In this document: positions 27,672 to 40,293 of the stretch, in pieces | Numbering within the stretch: the stretch's first letter is position 1 | Layout of the letters: each line of letters starts with the position of its first letter | Assembly: GCA_013239625.1 (NCBI GenBank) | Contig: MU056123.1 | Location: 1,302,001-1,366,000, forward strand | Origin: Lama guanicoe | Lineage: Eukaryota | Length of the DNA stretch: 64,000 nt | Direction of reading: 5' to 3' | Position numbers and translations under genes: made by a program | Notes under the pieces: model-generated | Seen by the model: only the letters and a program-made list of their open reading frames with translations | Told to the model about the DNA's origin: nothing | Database searches by the model: none

Positions 27672-27870
27672 TAGGGTTTCTCATGCCCAGCACTACTGAC
27701 ATTGGGGAAAGATAATCCTTTGTTATGGGGCTGCCCTGTGCACTATAGGATGTTCAGCATTCCTAAATGCCAGTAGCAACCCCCCACCACCAAAGAGTTG
27801 TGACAACCAAAAATATCTCCAACATTGTCAAATGTCCCCTGGGGGGCCAAATCACCCTCAGCTGTAAACT
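27672..27870. mobile_element. MER20-like hAT DNA transposon
   Basis: cagcactactgacatt...tgacaaccaaaaatatctcc...caaatgtcccctgggggg. Confidence 0.7.
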
Positions 27871-28731
27871 GTGGGCAGAGAAATGGGGATGTCTTTACTT
27901 ACCACAGTTCCAAATGCCCTAGCATGGATCTTGGCACATAGTAGTCACATAATAATTTTTAGTTGATGACTAAAATGAACTTTTAAAATGGAATGAACGA
28001 AATGATTGAAAAACATAGATAATAAAGCAAAAATTTCACAGGGATGTGGATAGTCTAAATGAGAAGCTGTAACTAAAGGCCCTTAAACACAGTAGGCAAG
28101 TAATAAATTGTAGCTGTGATAATCATCTGCCTTGCTCATCTGGCTCTGCCCCAAAGGAGTTCTCATCAAAACTGTTTTCCTAACCAACCCACAGAAGAAA
28201 CCACCAGTTGCCCCCCAATATCTGTTCTCTGCTTCTCCCCTTAATAAAAATCCTGACTTTAACAGGCCACATGACCACCCAGAATGAAACTACATTTCCC
28301 AGATTCCCTTGCTGCCAGCCATGACCACATGATCAAGCCCCAGCCAATGAGATGTGAGAAGTGCCCTGTGCAACTTGAAAGTATTGCCTCAGGGAAGGGA
28401 AGAGGTGTGTCAATTTCCTCTCCCTCGGTTCCTTCCTCCCTCCCTTCTATCCTTTCTCCCCTATTATCTTTTCACGATGGAAGGACATCCTGGACCATGA
28501 AGACCAGGCAACACCATGGAGAGGCCAGAACAAGACAGCAGGAGCTGTGGTCCCCAGCACCCTGGAACTGCTTTTTCAGCCTCAAAATGCTTATACTGGA
28601 CCCTACACGAGTGAAAAACAAGGCACTGTTATCTTGAGTCTCTGTGTTTGATTAAGTATCTTGATTAATATAATCCCTACCCCCACCAGTGTTGGATGGA
28701 TTTCCCCACATCAGGCGGGGACATATCTGAC

Positions 28732-28830
28732 CTGAGGAAATGGGTCGGCAGATGCCAGCAACACGTTTTCTGGTTTCAAGTCACAGTGGACAATGTTCTT
28801 GAAGTGAAGGTGTCTCAAAGCCACCAGGAT
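28732..28830 (-). CDS. PRKD2: PRKD2 exon 15 (catalytic loop HCDLKPEN)
   Basis: [33 protein letters not shown]. Confidence 0.96.
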
Positions 28831-29627
28831 CTGAGGGGAGGAAATGGTTCTGGTAAGAAAGTTTGAAAGGTCCCCACCCCAGATTCCACCTGCAGCAGCC
28901 AGCCCTCCGAACCCCATCCATGCCCCTCTCGGTATCCTAAAGATGTCCCCCAGTGCTAGGAAAGGCACTGGAGCACCAAAGAAGAATCTCAGAACCCCAG
29001 GACCATTTCCACCAGAGATAGCAGTTGGATATATGATTTTAGGAAGGCTGAACTGGAAGATCCTGAGGGTTTGGGAAGATCCTGAGACCCTCTGGCATGT
29101 GGATCCTAATGAAAAAGAGCTATGATCATGGAGGTACTATTGTGCAATTCGATTTTTTTAAAATGTATTTTTCATCCATTAAAACACTGAAACATGAAAC
29201 AATACAAACAATACCCATACGACATGTTATAAATCAAATGTAACACCCTTAAGAGCTGGGGGATTCTACAGCCAGCCTACCAGGGTAGCAACTCTGGCTC
29301 CCCACTTCCCAGCCTGCTGCCTTGGGCAAGTCACTTTACCACTCTGGGTCTGTTTACTCACCTGTAAAATGGGGGTAATAACTCCTCATGGGTGGCAGTG
29401 AGCTTTGAATGAATTGAGGCATATAAAGTGCTTCAGGCAGTGTCTGGCACAGAGCAAGCACTCCATGTGAGCTATTATTATTGCTGCTGTTTTTGGTTAG
29501 TAATTTTGTGATAGCCTGTTGGTGAATATATTTCTGTGTGTGTTTCAAATAAAGCTTTTCCTGCTGTATCTGTTAGTTCAAGAGTATTTTATGACAGCAA
29601 GGTGAGCTGATTTAAAAAAAAAACTAT

Positions 29628-29772
29628 TGGGGAGAGGTTATGGCTCAAGTGGTAGAGTGCATGCTTAACATGTATGAGGTCCTGGGTTCAATCCCCAGTA
29701 CCTCCTCTATAAATAAATAAATAGACCTAACTACCTCTCCTGCCACAAAATTAATTAGTTAATTAATTAATT
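29628..29772 (+). mobile_element. Vic-1-like SINE
   Basis: gtggtagagtgcatgct...ggttcaatccccagtacctcc; aaaaactatt TSD on both sides. Confidence 0.8.
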
Positions 29773-30104
29773 TTTAAAAAACTATTATCATTTGTAGCCA
29801 CTTATCTATGGGAACCATGATTTTCCTCAATTCTGTGTCACCTAAACAAAATATCAAATGTACTGGACATACAGACAGATGGAAGCATGAAGCTGTAATC
29901 TGTATCTTAGAACTGCAATATATGTATTTCTCATTGTTTTCTCTGGGTGACTTTCAAGTATGGAAATGCTATTAGAAAGCTTCTGCTGAGGTCCAAGTTC
30001 CTCATTCTACGGACAGGAAGACTGAGATCCAAAGGTGTGTATGGACATCCTCTACACATCTTCCGTTTTTTGTTTGTTTGTTTTGTTGTTGTTATTGTTG
30101 TGGA

Positions 30105-30230
30105 TGGGGGAGGCAATTAGGTTGGTTAATTAATTAATTAATTAATTAATTAAATGGAGGTACTGGGGATTGAACCCAGGACCTTGTGCATGTTAAGCAT
30201 GTGCTCTACCACCGAGCTATGCCCCACCCC
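30105..30230 (-). mobile_element. Vic-1-like SINE with (TAAT)n
   Basis: (taat)n followed by tggaggtactggggattgaacccagg. Confidence 0.8.
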
Positions 30231-32364
30231 TAGATCTTCATTTTGTTGATTTTTCCAATGCTAAGTAAATAGGGTGAAGAAAGAGGCCAGATTAGAAGCC
30301 AGACAGATCCAGATGCAAACCTCAGTTAAATCGCTGCCATGCTGTGTGATGGGTGAGACCCGGGAACCTCCCTCCACCTCAGTTTTCCTCCTCTGTAAGA
30401 TGGGGGTTAGAGTAATACCTACCTCACAGGTGCTTGTGGAGCCTACACAGGTTTATGAGGTAAAGGGCTTAGCACAGGACATGGGGTGAGGCAGGCAAGA
30501 GGCAGAAAGCAGACATCTGCAGAGAGAAAGACAGAAGAACACAGGCAAAAAAGAGAGGAAGAGATGAAAGATAAGGGAAAAAAAGGAACCACCTCGGTTG
30601 CTGAAGGCAGGCAGTTTTTCCCTCTCCACCTGAAGTCTGGATGAGCCTGCCTCAGTGGATTTCTGTCCCCACACTGCAAGCCAGCCTGACAAAGGCACAC
30701 AGCTTGGGAGAGCAAGGGTACTGGGCCTGAGAAAGGAAGCCAACACAGGGGACTTTGCAACCAACAGAGAACACATCCCAGAATCAGGTGTGGTACCAGC
30801 CAAGTAGGAAGGTCTTTCTAGGAAGGCTGTGAAACCCAGAAAGTGCAATGCCATGAAGAAAATGAAGAGGAACACAAATACTGGGATAAAAGACCTGAAC
30901 GACACAAGTGACAAAGATCCAGTGTCCTTCATATACAAATGGCACTCACAATTAAATAAGAATAATCCAATTGAAAAATGGGCAAAAATTACATAAAGCA
31001 GAGGCCAATAAACATGTGAAAAGAGGCTCAACATCATCCATGGTTTTTCAACCACCAAATGAAGCCACATGAAATAATCTTTTTCCACCTATAAGACTGA
31101 TGGGTGTATTATCCATGGTTAGTAAGGAGTGAGAAAATCGACACCCTCAAACTCAGTTGGTGAGAACAAAGACTGAAAGGGGTTTTAGAGAATAACTGAG
31201 CAACATCTTTTTTTAAAAAATGTAAAGTACATTTCCTTTAACTCGGGAGTCTACTATTTGAAACATGTTCTACTGAAATTCTCCCACCAGGGACTGTCAA
31301 ATGTTCACAGGATGTGGTTTGTAGTAGTGGAATAGTAAAAACGACTTATATGCTCAGCAACTGGGTAATTTGGTAATATCTGTCATGCGATGCAATGAAG
31401 AAAAAGAGGAAGTTCTGCTAACTATATACTGAAATAGAAAAGTCTTCCAGAAGCACTATTAAAGTGAAGGAAGTAAGAAGTGGAAGAACATACAGTGTTC
31501 TGTGTGATGCGAAACCAAGTAAAATGCACTCACGTGCGCACATACACAGGTAACACAAGTTAGTTTGACTTTACTAGTTAAAAGCACAGTTCTGAGGCTT
31601 AAATCCCACCTGCTGTGGGACTCTGGGCGAGTTACTTAGTCTCTGAGCCTCAGTACAATGGGAGTAATAATGGCCACCACCACATAGGTTGCTATGAAGA
31701 CTAAATGAACTACAGCAGTGAGGCACACAGTAAGCGCTCACTAAAGGTTAGTGATCACATTATTTATCATTATTATCAGCAGCCCCCACCCCAGCCCTGC
31801 CCACTCTGAGCGATCACTGTCCAGGGCTGGGCCTATCTCAGTCACTGCTGTGTCCTTGGCACTGTCCAGTAAGGGGCCAGGCACGGGCAGGGGTTCAGGC
31901 AGTGTTTGCTGAACAATCTAATAAGTGAATAAATGAATGCACTCCCCAGAGAAAGGCCTCTCTCCCCTCCCCTTTTTCTACACGAATAAAGCAGGCCCCA
32001 GGAGGCTGACTCACTATACAAAGTAATAAAAAATATAAAATAATAATCATTTATTATTTTTCTATAATAATAAGTTATTACTGTTGCTTTTCTACTTATT
32101 ATCCTATTCTGTTTCTATTGTTATTACTCTACTATTATTACTCTTAACTGTTCTATTATTGCTCTGTTATTATTTTAAAGTTATTACTCTAATTCTTTTC
32201 TGATTGTTATTATTACTCTATTATTACGTTGTCTATTATCTGCTATTATGAGTACCAGCCAGAGTCTGCCTGACTTTCAGGGCACACATGGCCTCTTGCA
32301 GGGCAGCTGGGCGGCGAGGAGTGGAGGCTGGTGGTGGGCGGGAAGGTGGGCGGGGCGGGCTCAC

Positions 32365-32526
32365 CTGAGTGATGAGGAACTTGGTGAGGCGCTCAGGCAG
32401 CCGGCCCTTCTCACTGGAGAGGATCATCTCCAGCATGTCCCCATGCAGCTTCTCCATCACCACGAACACTTTCTCCGGTGTCTCAAACATGCACTCCAGG
32501 TTGACGATCCCCGGGTGCCGCAGACT
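32365..32526 (-). CDS. PRKD2: PRKD2 exon 14
   Basis: [54 protein letters not shown]. Confidence 0.96.
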
Positions 32527-33251
32527 CTGAGGTGGGTGGGGTGGGGTCAGGACCCAGGTCACCCACGAACTTGAGACCCCAGAGGCAAGCCACGGGAGCA
32601 GATGGATGACAAACAGGAAGAAGGATTTCCCCGGAGGGTAGCCTGCTCCTTGCCTGGGGGTGGCATTGGGGGAGGGGAAGAGGCTTCCACAAGCCCAGAC
32701 AGAAGCACCCCTCCTGCACCGCCCAGTGAACAGAAAGATCTTTATATCATGAAATTCTGGTAAAACCCCAGAGTCGCGGGAGCGAGAGGGCGAGCGTGGA
32801 GAAATGGGAAGGAGCTTTGTACAACTCTAGCTTTTAAATCTGGGACTCCTTCCTCTTCTCCCAGCCCTTTCCTGGCTGAACCAAATCTCTCCCACCCAAG
32901 TCCCCATTCAGCCTCCTCCCTACCCTCCAAAGGCAGACAGAGGGATGGTTCTAAAGTGCAAACATGACTCTGTTCCTTCCTTGCTCACAATCCTTCATGG
33001 CTCCCCAGTACCCTCAGGAGAAAGCCCACAGGGTGTGGCCCCACTCTGTTCCCTAGCCTAGCTGCCATCACCTACCTCCACATAAACCATCTAATAACCT
33101 TGAACTCCTTCAAGTTCCTAGAAGACTTCACATTCCCTCTCACCTCCAGACCTTTGCATGGGCTGCTGGTTCTGCTCAGAACACCTTCCCCACCCCTTCA
33201 TTCTCAACATGCACACTGCCTCCTCTAGGAAGCCTTCCCTGACCACCCCTA

Positions 33252-33506
<255 letters not shown>

Positions 33507-33932
33507 CTAGTCCTGGCAAGAGGAACCCCCCACCACCACAGAGACACAGCCAGAGCTGGGTAGAGGCGGGTGAAAAGCCATCTAATGGGCCCCAGGAGAG
33601 ATGTGAGGGGTGGGGGGCCCTGGGAATAAAGGGGGAATGAAGGAAGGGAAAGACAGAGCTCCTACGAGAGGAATCTTAAACATGGGAAACTAGATTTGTA
33701 ACAAATCAGAATCTAGCACCCCGCTCTGTGGCCAAACGGTGCAGAATCCACCCTCCCTATCAAAACCAGGAGAAAGTCACTGGCCTTTCCCATGGAGAAA
33801 AGCTGAGCCTGCAACCACCTGCCCCCAGGATCTCGCTTTCTAATCACTAGAAAAGGAGGTAAGCATGTGGCCAAACAGAAGGGAAGGTCCAGAGCCCAGA
33901 AATCCCCAAGACCCCTTTTTGAGTTAGCTCTT

Positions 33933-34080
33933 TTTTTGTTTGTTTTGTTTTGTTTCGGGGGGGGGGGGTGGGTAGGTAATTAGGTTCATTTTTTTTTTTT
34001 AATGGAGGTACTGGGGACTGAACCCAGGATCTTGTGCGTGCTAGGCATGTGCTCTACCACTGAGTTCTACCCTCCTCCAC
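33933..34080 (-). mobile_element. Vic-1-like SINE with TSD tttgagttagctc
   Basis: SINE body plus direct repeats at about 33918 and 34082. Confidence 0.8.
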
Positions 34081-34109
34081 CTTTGAGTTAGCTCTTGATA
34101 TGTTCTTAC

Positions 34110-34182
34110 CGCCATAGACCACTCCAAACTGGCCTGAGCCCAGCACCTCGTCCGGGAAGATCTGGTAGACTGTGGCGATGTC
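34110..34182 (-). CDS. PRKD2: PRKD2 exon 12
   Basis: [24 protein letters not shown] (Gly-rich loop). Confidence 0.95.
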
Positions 34183-34328
34183 CTGAAGGGTGGGGATAGG
34201 AAGGGTCAGGGGTGCAGATGGAGATGGGAATGGTCAAGGAGACTGGGGAGGGCAGGAGAGCTGGGAGGCTGTTTGGGAGGGGGAGGGGGAGAACATCCTT
34301 GGGGGCGTGGGTGTGGGTGGGGTCTCAC

Positions 34329-34381
34329 CACATTCTCTTGGATCTGGCTGTTAGACACAGAGATGCTCAGAGAAGCTTGTC
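34329..34381 (-). CDS. PRKD2: PRKD2 exon 11
   Basis: QASLSISVSNSQIQENV; 53 nt. Confidence 0.93.
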
Positions 34382-35903
34382 CTGGGGAGAGGTAGAGGTG
34401 GAGGTAAGCGGATCCCAGGCTCAGGATCACTTTCACCCGTAACTCCAGAGGCAGCCTCTGGAGCCAGACCAATGTGCAACTTCAGGCTACTGAGTGACTT
34501 GTCCACTATGAACCCGTTTTCTCATCGGGAAAAATGAGAACAATAAAAGCACCTCCCTCCTCAGGCCAGTGAGGAGAGGAAACGAGATGTGCTGAGGGGG
34601 CTCAAAAAGCGATGTCCTAAAGGAGTTCACAGGGCATTTCACTCTGTGATCTTAGCACCAAGGGAGGTGTGATGATCCCATTTTCCAGAGGAGGAAATTG
34701 AGGCTCAGTGGGAAACTCCAAACTGACTCCAGCATCTTCCCTGAATGTGCCCCAACCAGAGCCAGGCATTCCCAAAATCTTGATCCTTCTGTCATTTGAA
34801 CATCACTCCTCCCTGAGGACCTTCCGGCTGGTTCTTGCCCCTCAGCCTCCTCCATGGTCACCCTGCTGCGTTCCATTCTCTTCTATTCACCCTCCACAGG
34901 GAAGCCAGAGGGACCCTGCACAACCCAGACCCCCATCCTTCCCTTGCTCAAAATCCTGCCACGGTTCCCCAGCGCCCTCTGGAGGAAGCTCAAACCCCTT
35001 ACATGGCTTAACAGGCAGGGTCTGGCCCCTGACCTATCTCTTTGACTTTATCCCTGTCATGTTCTTGGGTATTCCCACCACACTGGCCTCCCTGCGGGGC
35101 CTCGGATACTCCTATCTCTGGGTCTCTGCTCTGCCCCTCCCCTTATTCTGGACTTAGTTATATCCTCCTCATCATTCAGTCTCAGCTCAAATGTCACTCC
35201 TGGGGCCATGTCAGTTTCCTCCACCACATGTTCTATGTCCCACTTGTCATTCACCCGGGATGATCTGATGAATGTCTGTCACTCACCCAAGATTATGAGC
35301 TCCACAAGGCAGGAACCTGAGGCTCTGATCATACTTTGCCTCTGCCTGAAAGGATTTCCCATTTCCTTTCCCTTCATTTCACCTCTCCTCAGCTTCCAGG
35401 TCTCAGCTCCAATGTTGCCTCCTCCAGGAAGCCCTCCTGGACACCCAGGCTGGGACCCACTCTGAGTTCCCAGAGTCCTAGGCTCTCCTGTTCCAGCCCT
35501 GCCTACTCTGTATCATCACTGTCTGGGGACAGGTCTGCCTCCCTTACTAGACTGTGAGCCCCATAAGGGCAGATCCTGGGCTGTCTTGGTCGCAGCCGTG
35601 CCCCCAGCACTATCTAGCACAGGCCAGGCACAGGGGAGTATGAGTTAAAAAGTCTGAACTCACAATTTAGAGGCATCATTACCACTCAGGACAAGCAAGA
35701 TTCAGAAAAGAGAAGTGACATGCTCAAGGCCACGTCAGGTCTGGAGGCTTCATGATTTTGACCCTGGCCTGCTGAGTCCAGAAGCCACATTCTCATTCTC
35801 CACTCTGCCATTCCCTGCCTTCTCCCTGGCTCTTCCCTTCCCCAGGACCCTACGGAAGCCCTCCAAGACCCATCCTCCCAGGGCCTGGGGCTGGGGGACT
35901 TAC

Positions 35904-36162
35904 TGTGGGGAGCATGGCCTGGGGCGCTGGGTGCATCCTGGAGGATGACGGGCATCAGGGCCTGACGGATGGCTGTTTCCCAGCCCCGGGCGGCCTCAGC
36001 CCCCTGCCCGCTGGGCCCCCCTGGGGCCCCTCCAGGAGTTTCGCCCACAAAGTAGGTGGCATTGGCAGTGACAATCTCGAAGCAGTGTGGGTTGGTGCCT
36101 GGTGGCACGAGGCTGAAGTTCTGGGCAGGCTCCACAGTGAGGATTTCGGACAGTGGAATTTC
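35904..36162 (-). CDS. PRKD2: PRKD2 exon 10 (PH domain)
   Basis: [11 protein letters not shown]...[16 protein letters not shown]...[11 protein letters not shown]. Confidence 0.95.
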
Positions 36163-37524
36163 CTGGCAGGAGACAGAGCCAGTACAGGTGAGGGCTCAGG
36201 CAGATCCCAGGGCTCCCCACGTACTCAGAAGAGCACACATAATCCAGTGTCAGTGGGAAGGGCCTGCTTTGAATGGAGTGATCAGGAAAAGGCTCCTGGC
36301 AGAAGTTACATTGAAGCAGAAATCAGAAAGGTAAGAAGCCAGCTGGTGGAGGAATAGGGGGGTTGGGAGGAGCATGTGCAAAGGCCCTGAGGTAGAAAAG
36401 GCTTGTGTTCAAGGGACACGCCATATTTCCATTACATGGATAGTGCCTAGCACACAGTAGGTGTGTCACATTTGATGAATAAATAAAGGCATCAGGCTAC
36501 AGCCAGGCCATGCAGGGCCTCATGGACCACAGGGAGGAGCCTGGGCTTTGTCTCCAGGGCCCTGGGGAACCATGGAAGGATATGGAGCAAGGAAGGGAGC
36601 AGGTCTTTCTGGCTGTGCATGGAGGGCAGATGGGAGAGGATGGGACTGACACAGGAGACCAGGAAGGAGGCAGAGGGGGCCTGGGTAGGAGAGAAGGTAC
36701 ATGGGGAGGAAAAAGAGTGAGCTTGGAAAAGTGTTGAAAGGAAAAGGGAGGAAGAAAAATGAAAGAATGAGAAAGAGAAACTCTTAGGTAGCAAATAAAA
36801 CCTGGAGGCAGAGATGACTTGATGGGATGGTATTTTAGACAGCATGGTGTGAGGAAGATGGGAAGGATGAGAAGGAAGCAGCCATAGGAAGTGTAAGGAA
36901 GATGCTCAAGAGCAGGTGAACAAGTGAGGCAGGCACCTGGGTTTTATTCTAAGGGCAGTGGGAGCCATTGGAATGTTGCAACGGTTTTAATCGACTCTTT
37001 TGGCTGTTACATTAGAAAAGATTCTGAGGGCAAGGGCAGAAGCAAAGGCCCGAGGAGACTGGCTGGAACACAGCGCTGGTGTGGGAGGTGGTGACGAATA
37101 CAAAGAAATAATTTAGTAAATGAATTATAAAGTAATAGTGCTAACACGCTTATAATTATTGGGAGTTGAATGGAGCTTAACATATGCCTGGCCCTAAACT
37201 AATCCCTTTGTAGATTATCTCTTTGAATTCTGGCAACAGCCCTGAGGCGAGGATTATTCTTTGAAGCTTTTTACAAGATGCGGGGTGCAGAGAAGTGAGG
37301 AAGCTTGCCTGGGTCCCCCAGCTAGAAAGTGATGGAGCCAAGATCAAACACAGGGTAGGGCGTCTGGGTGGGCAACAATTGCTGATGGGATGGAAGCGGG
37401 GAAGCAGGGGGTGGGCAGAGGGTGTGATTCGCAGGTTATTTGGCCGAAGCAACTGGGAGAGGAGGGGAGAAGATAGTGGACCAAGACAGGAGGTCTGGGG
37501 GAATCTGGGAGCCAGAAGACCTAC

Positions 37525-37602
37525 CTTGTAGTATCTGTTGGTCGTGTTGTTCTGGAAGAGCGTGATGCACTTGCAGTCTAGACGCCAATAGTGCCGTTTC
37601 CT
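37525..37602 (-). CDS. PRKD2: PRKD2 exon 9
   Basis: [26 protein letters not shown]. Confidence 0.95.
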
Positions 37603-37889
37603 CTGTTGGGACAGGTACTTGAGAGAGTGAGTCCGCCCTCCAACACCGTTGCCCCCCAACACCGTTAGGGCTCCAGTTCTAATCCCACCCAAGCCCCGCC
37701 CCTAACCCTAATCCTGCCCCTCCCTTTAAATCCTGCCCTGCCTCCTTCATTGCCATATTCAACCCCTCTAATTCTAGCTCTGCCTCCAGCATGACCCCAC
37801 CCATCCCTGACTCCAACCAGCCCCGTCTCAAGCCCCGCCTCAATTTTAGCTCCCCCCACCCACCGCGTGGCCCTGCCCCACCTACTCAC

Positions 37890-38007
37890 CAGTGTGTCCT
37901 TGTTGCTGTAATGAACCACCCAACCCTCGCGCAGCGTTGTGCTGGATTTCCGTGTTGTGTGTCGCACCGACTGCACCACTCTCATTAGGGGGATGTACCC
38001 CAGGGAG
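37890..38007 (-). CDS. PRKD2: PRKD2 exon 8
   Basis: [39 protein letters not shown]. Confidence 0.95.
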
Positions 38008-39072
38008 CTAAGGGTTGGGGAGAGGGAGGTGTAAGAGATTACAAGCAGAGAATAACCATAGCGCCTGGGGCCACGGGGTTGGGGTGGGGCACAGGGAGCA
38101 TCTCTGAGCAGCCAAGGGGTTTTTGGCCACACTCTTTCCCCCTGTGGTTTCCAGATTTCTCATAATGAGGAAGAGGACTCTTGGGAGGGCCACATTAAGA
38201 GGCTAGGTTCCGAAGTCAGGCTCCCTGGCAAATTACCCAATCTCTTCATGCCTTAGTTTCTCCAGCACTAAGGGGGTTGCTGTCAGAGGGGAAACATTTC
38301 TTAGCTTAGCACAGTGCTTGGCACACAGTGGGCCTCCAATAAGTGCTAATTAGTATTGAGCCCATCAATTGTGGAGTCAGCTGTGACACTGGGCAAGTGG
38401 CTCAACCTCTCTGTGCCTCATTTGTCTCACCAGTGCACATGCTATTACTACAGTGAGGAAATGAAGGCCAAGAGAAATTAGACCAACTCCAGAACCAGCA
38501 ACCTCTTGATCCTATGCTAGATCTGGACTTGGGTGGCCCTGGCCACTTCTCTTTGCCTGAGACTCAGTTTCCTCATCTGTGAAACAGTCCACCTCTCCCA
38601 ATAGCCTTCCCCTCCAAGTCCCTGTCCCTCAAGGTCCAACTCTGAAAACCTACAATTCTGTTACTAAACACTCTCAGGAAAGACCTGGGAGAACCTCTGA
38701 GGTTCTAGGAGGCTAGGGTCACGTGGCACTAGTAAGAAAGTTTCGGTGACTATTGTGACCTGCACACCTATACTCCCTCTGACCTCAACTCCCATCCTTT
38801 TCCCCTCACAGTCACTGCTTCAGCCACACCAGGCTCCTTGTTATTCCTGGAACATGCTTGATCCTACCTTAGGGTCTTTGCACTTGCTATTCCCTCTACT
38901 TGGTAGGTTCTGTCCCCAGATATTTTCCACATGGCTCCTTCCCTCCCCTCCCTCAGATCTCTTCAAATATACCTCCTTACAGAAGGTGCTTTAATGACCC
39001 TAAGATAACATGTCCCCCTTCTCTATCTCCTCTCAACTTTTAAAATTTTATTTTTGATAGCAGTTATCAAAA

Positions 39073-39151
39073 TCTCCCATCCAAGTCCTAACCAGTCCCG
39101 ACCCTGCTTTGCTTTCAAGATCAGATGAGATGGGGCGGTATGGACGCAGAC
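39073..39151 (-). pseudogene. 5S rRNA pseudogene (3'-truncated, internal deletion)
   Basis: Reverse complement reads GTCTGCGTCCATAC...CATCTGATCTTGAAAGCAAAGCAGGGTCGGGACTGGTTAGGACTTGGATGGGAGA, the 5' part of 5S; flanked by (ag)..gttatcaa repeats. Confidence 0.85.
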
Positions 39152-39219
39152 AGTGGTTATCAATAGCTGATGCTATGGATGCACTTTTTGTTTGTTTTGT
39201 TTTTTTCCCCTTATCTGAG

Positions 39220-39292
39220 ACACTGGGGATTGAATCTAGGACCTCATGCATGCCAAGCATGCACTCCACCGCTGAGCCAAACCCCCATCCCT
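39220..39292 (-). mobile_element. Vic-1-like SINE
   Basis: actggggattgaatctaggacctcatgcatgccaagcatgcactccaccgctgagc. Confidence 0.7.
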
Positions 39293-39734
39293 CTATGAAT
39301 GCATTTGTTAGCTGTCTCCCCAACTAAAGTGTCTGCTCTATGAGGCCAGAGTTTTACCTGTTTTGTTCACAGCTGTGTGCTTGGAGTCTAGTACCATTGT
39401 GCTCATTAAATATTTATCGATGTCCCCCAGAAGTGGCAGAACCTCTGCGCCATGTTTACACTGCCCTGGCCCCCTGGGGCGAAGTATCAGCTCCTCTCCT
39501 TTATTTATTATTGGCCAAAGCCCATGAGCCTCAGTCTTCTAACCTAGAAATGGGTATAATGATCCTTATGGTCCTTATGAAAAGAATTTACTTCCAAAAC
39601 AAATTTAGTTTAAATTGATGGTTGTTGAATTCCACAGGTTACAGTCCACACATATATGTCTATTTCTACATGTATTACTGTATTAATACAATGTATTAAT
39701 ACAATGTATTAATAATACTGTATTAACATTTTTC

Positions 39735-40293
39735 TAGGGGGAGAGATAAATTAGGAATTAAGATTAATAAATACACACTACTATATATAAAGTAGATAAA
39801 CAACAAGGACCTACTGTATAGCATCTTGTGCTTTTACCCCTGCTGCCTTCCTGCCTCCTCGGTACAGTGATCTCACACTCACAGAGGAAGCGGGGCTTCG
39901 TCCTAGGCACTTGGAAGACAGATGAATTTCCTTGTCCTCAAGCACCTGAACTCACATTCTCATGGAGTTGGATATGAATTCCAGTTCTAATTTAAAATGT
40001 GTAATCAGGGGGAAGGTATAGCTCAGTGGTAGAGTGCATGCTTAGAGTGTACAAGGTCCTGGATTCAATCGCCAATACTTCCATTAAAAAAAAAATGTGT
40101 GGGAACTATATTCAATTTCTTGTAATAAACTATAAGGGAAAAGAATCTGAAAATATATGTATATTTTCTATATACATATACATATATAACTGACTATATA
40201 TATTCAGATATATAAATGAATCACTTTGCTGTACATCTGAAACTAACACTGTACATCAACTATACTTTGATGAAAAACAAAATTTAAAAAAAA
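39735..40293 (+). mobile_element. Cetartiodactyl-type L1 3' end interrupted by a 277-bp insert containing a Vic-1-like SINE (40008-40095)
   Basis: aaggacctactgtatagca | insert | gggaactatattcaat...tcactttgctgtaca...poly-A. Confidence 0.75.

Noticed and set aside
32020-32250. Regularly spaced TATTAC-like units as a possible array
   Set aside because: Simple AT-rich low complexity with no repeat-spacer structure
39073-39151. Functional 5S rRNA gene
   Set aside because: Truncated, internally deleted, CpG-decayed and isolated
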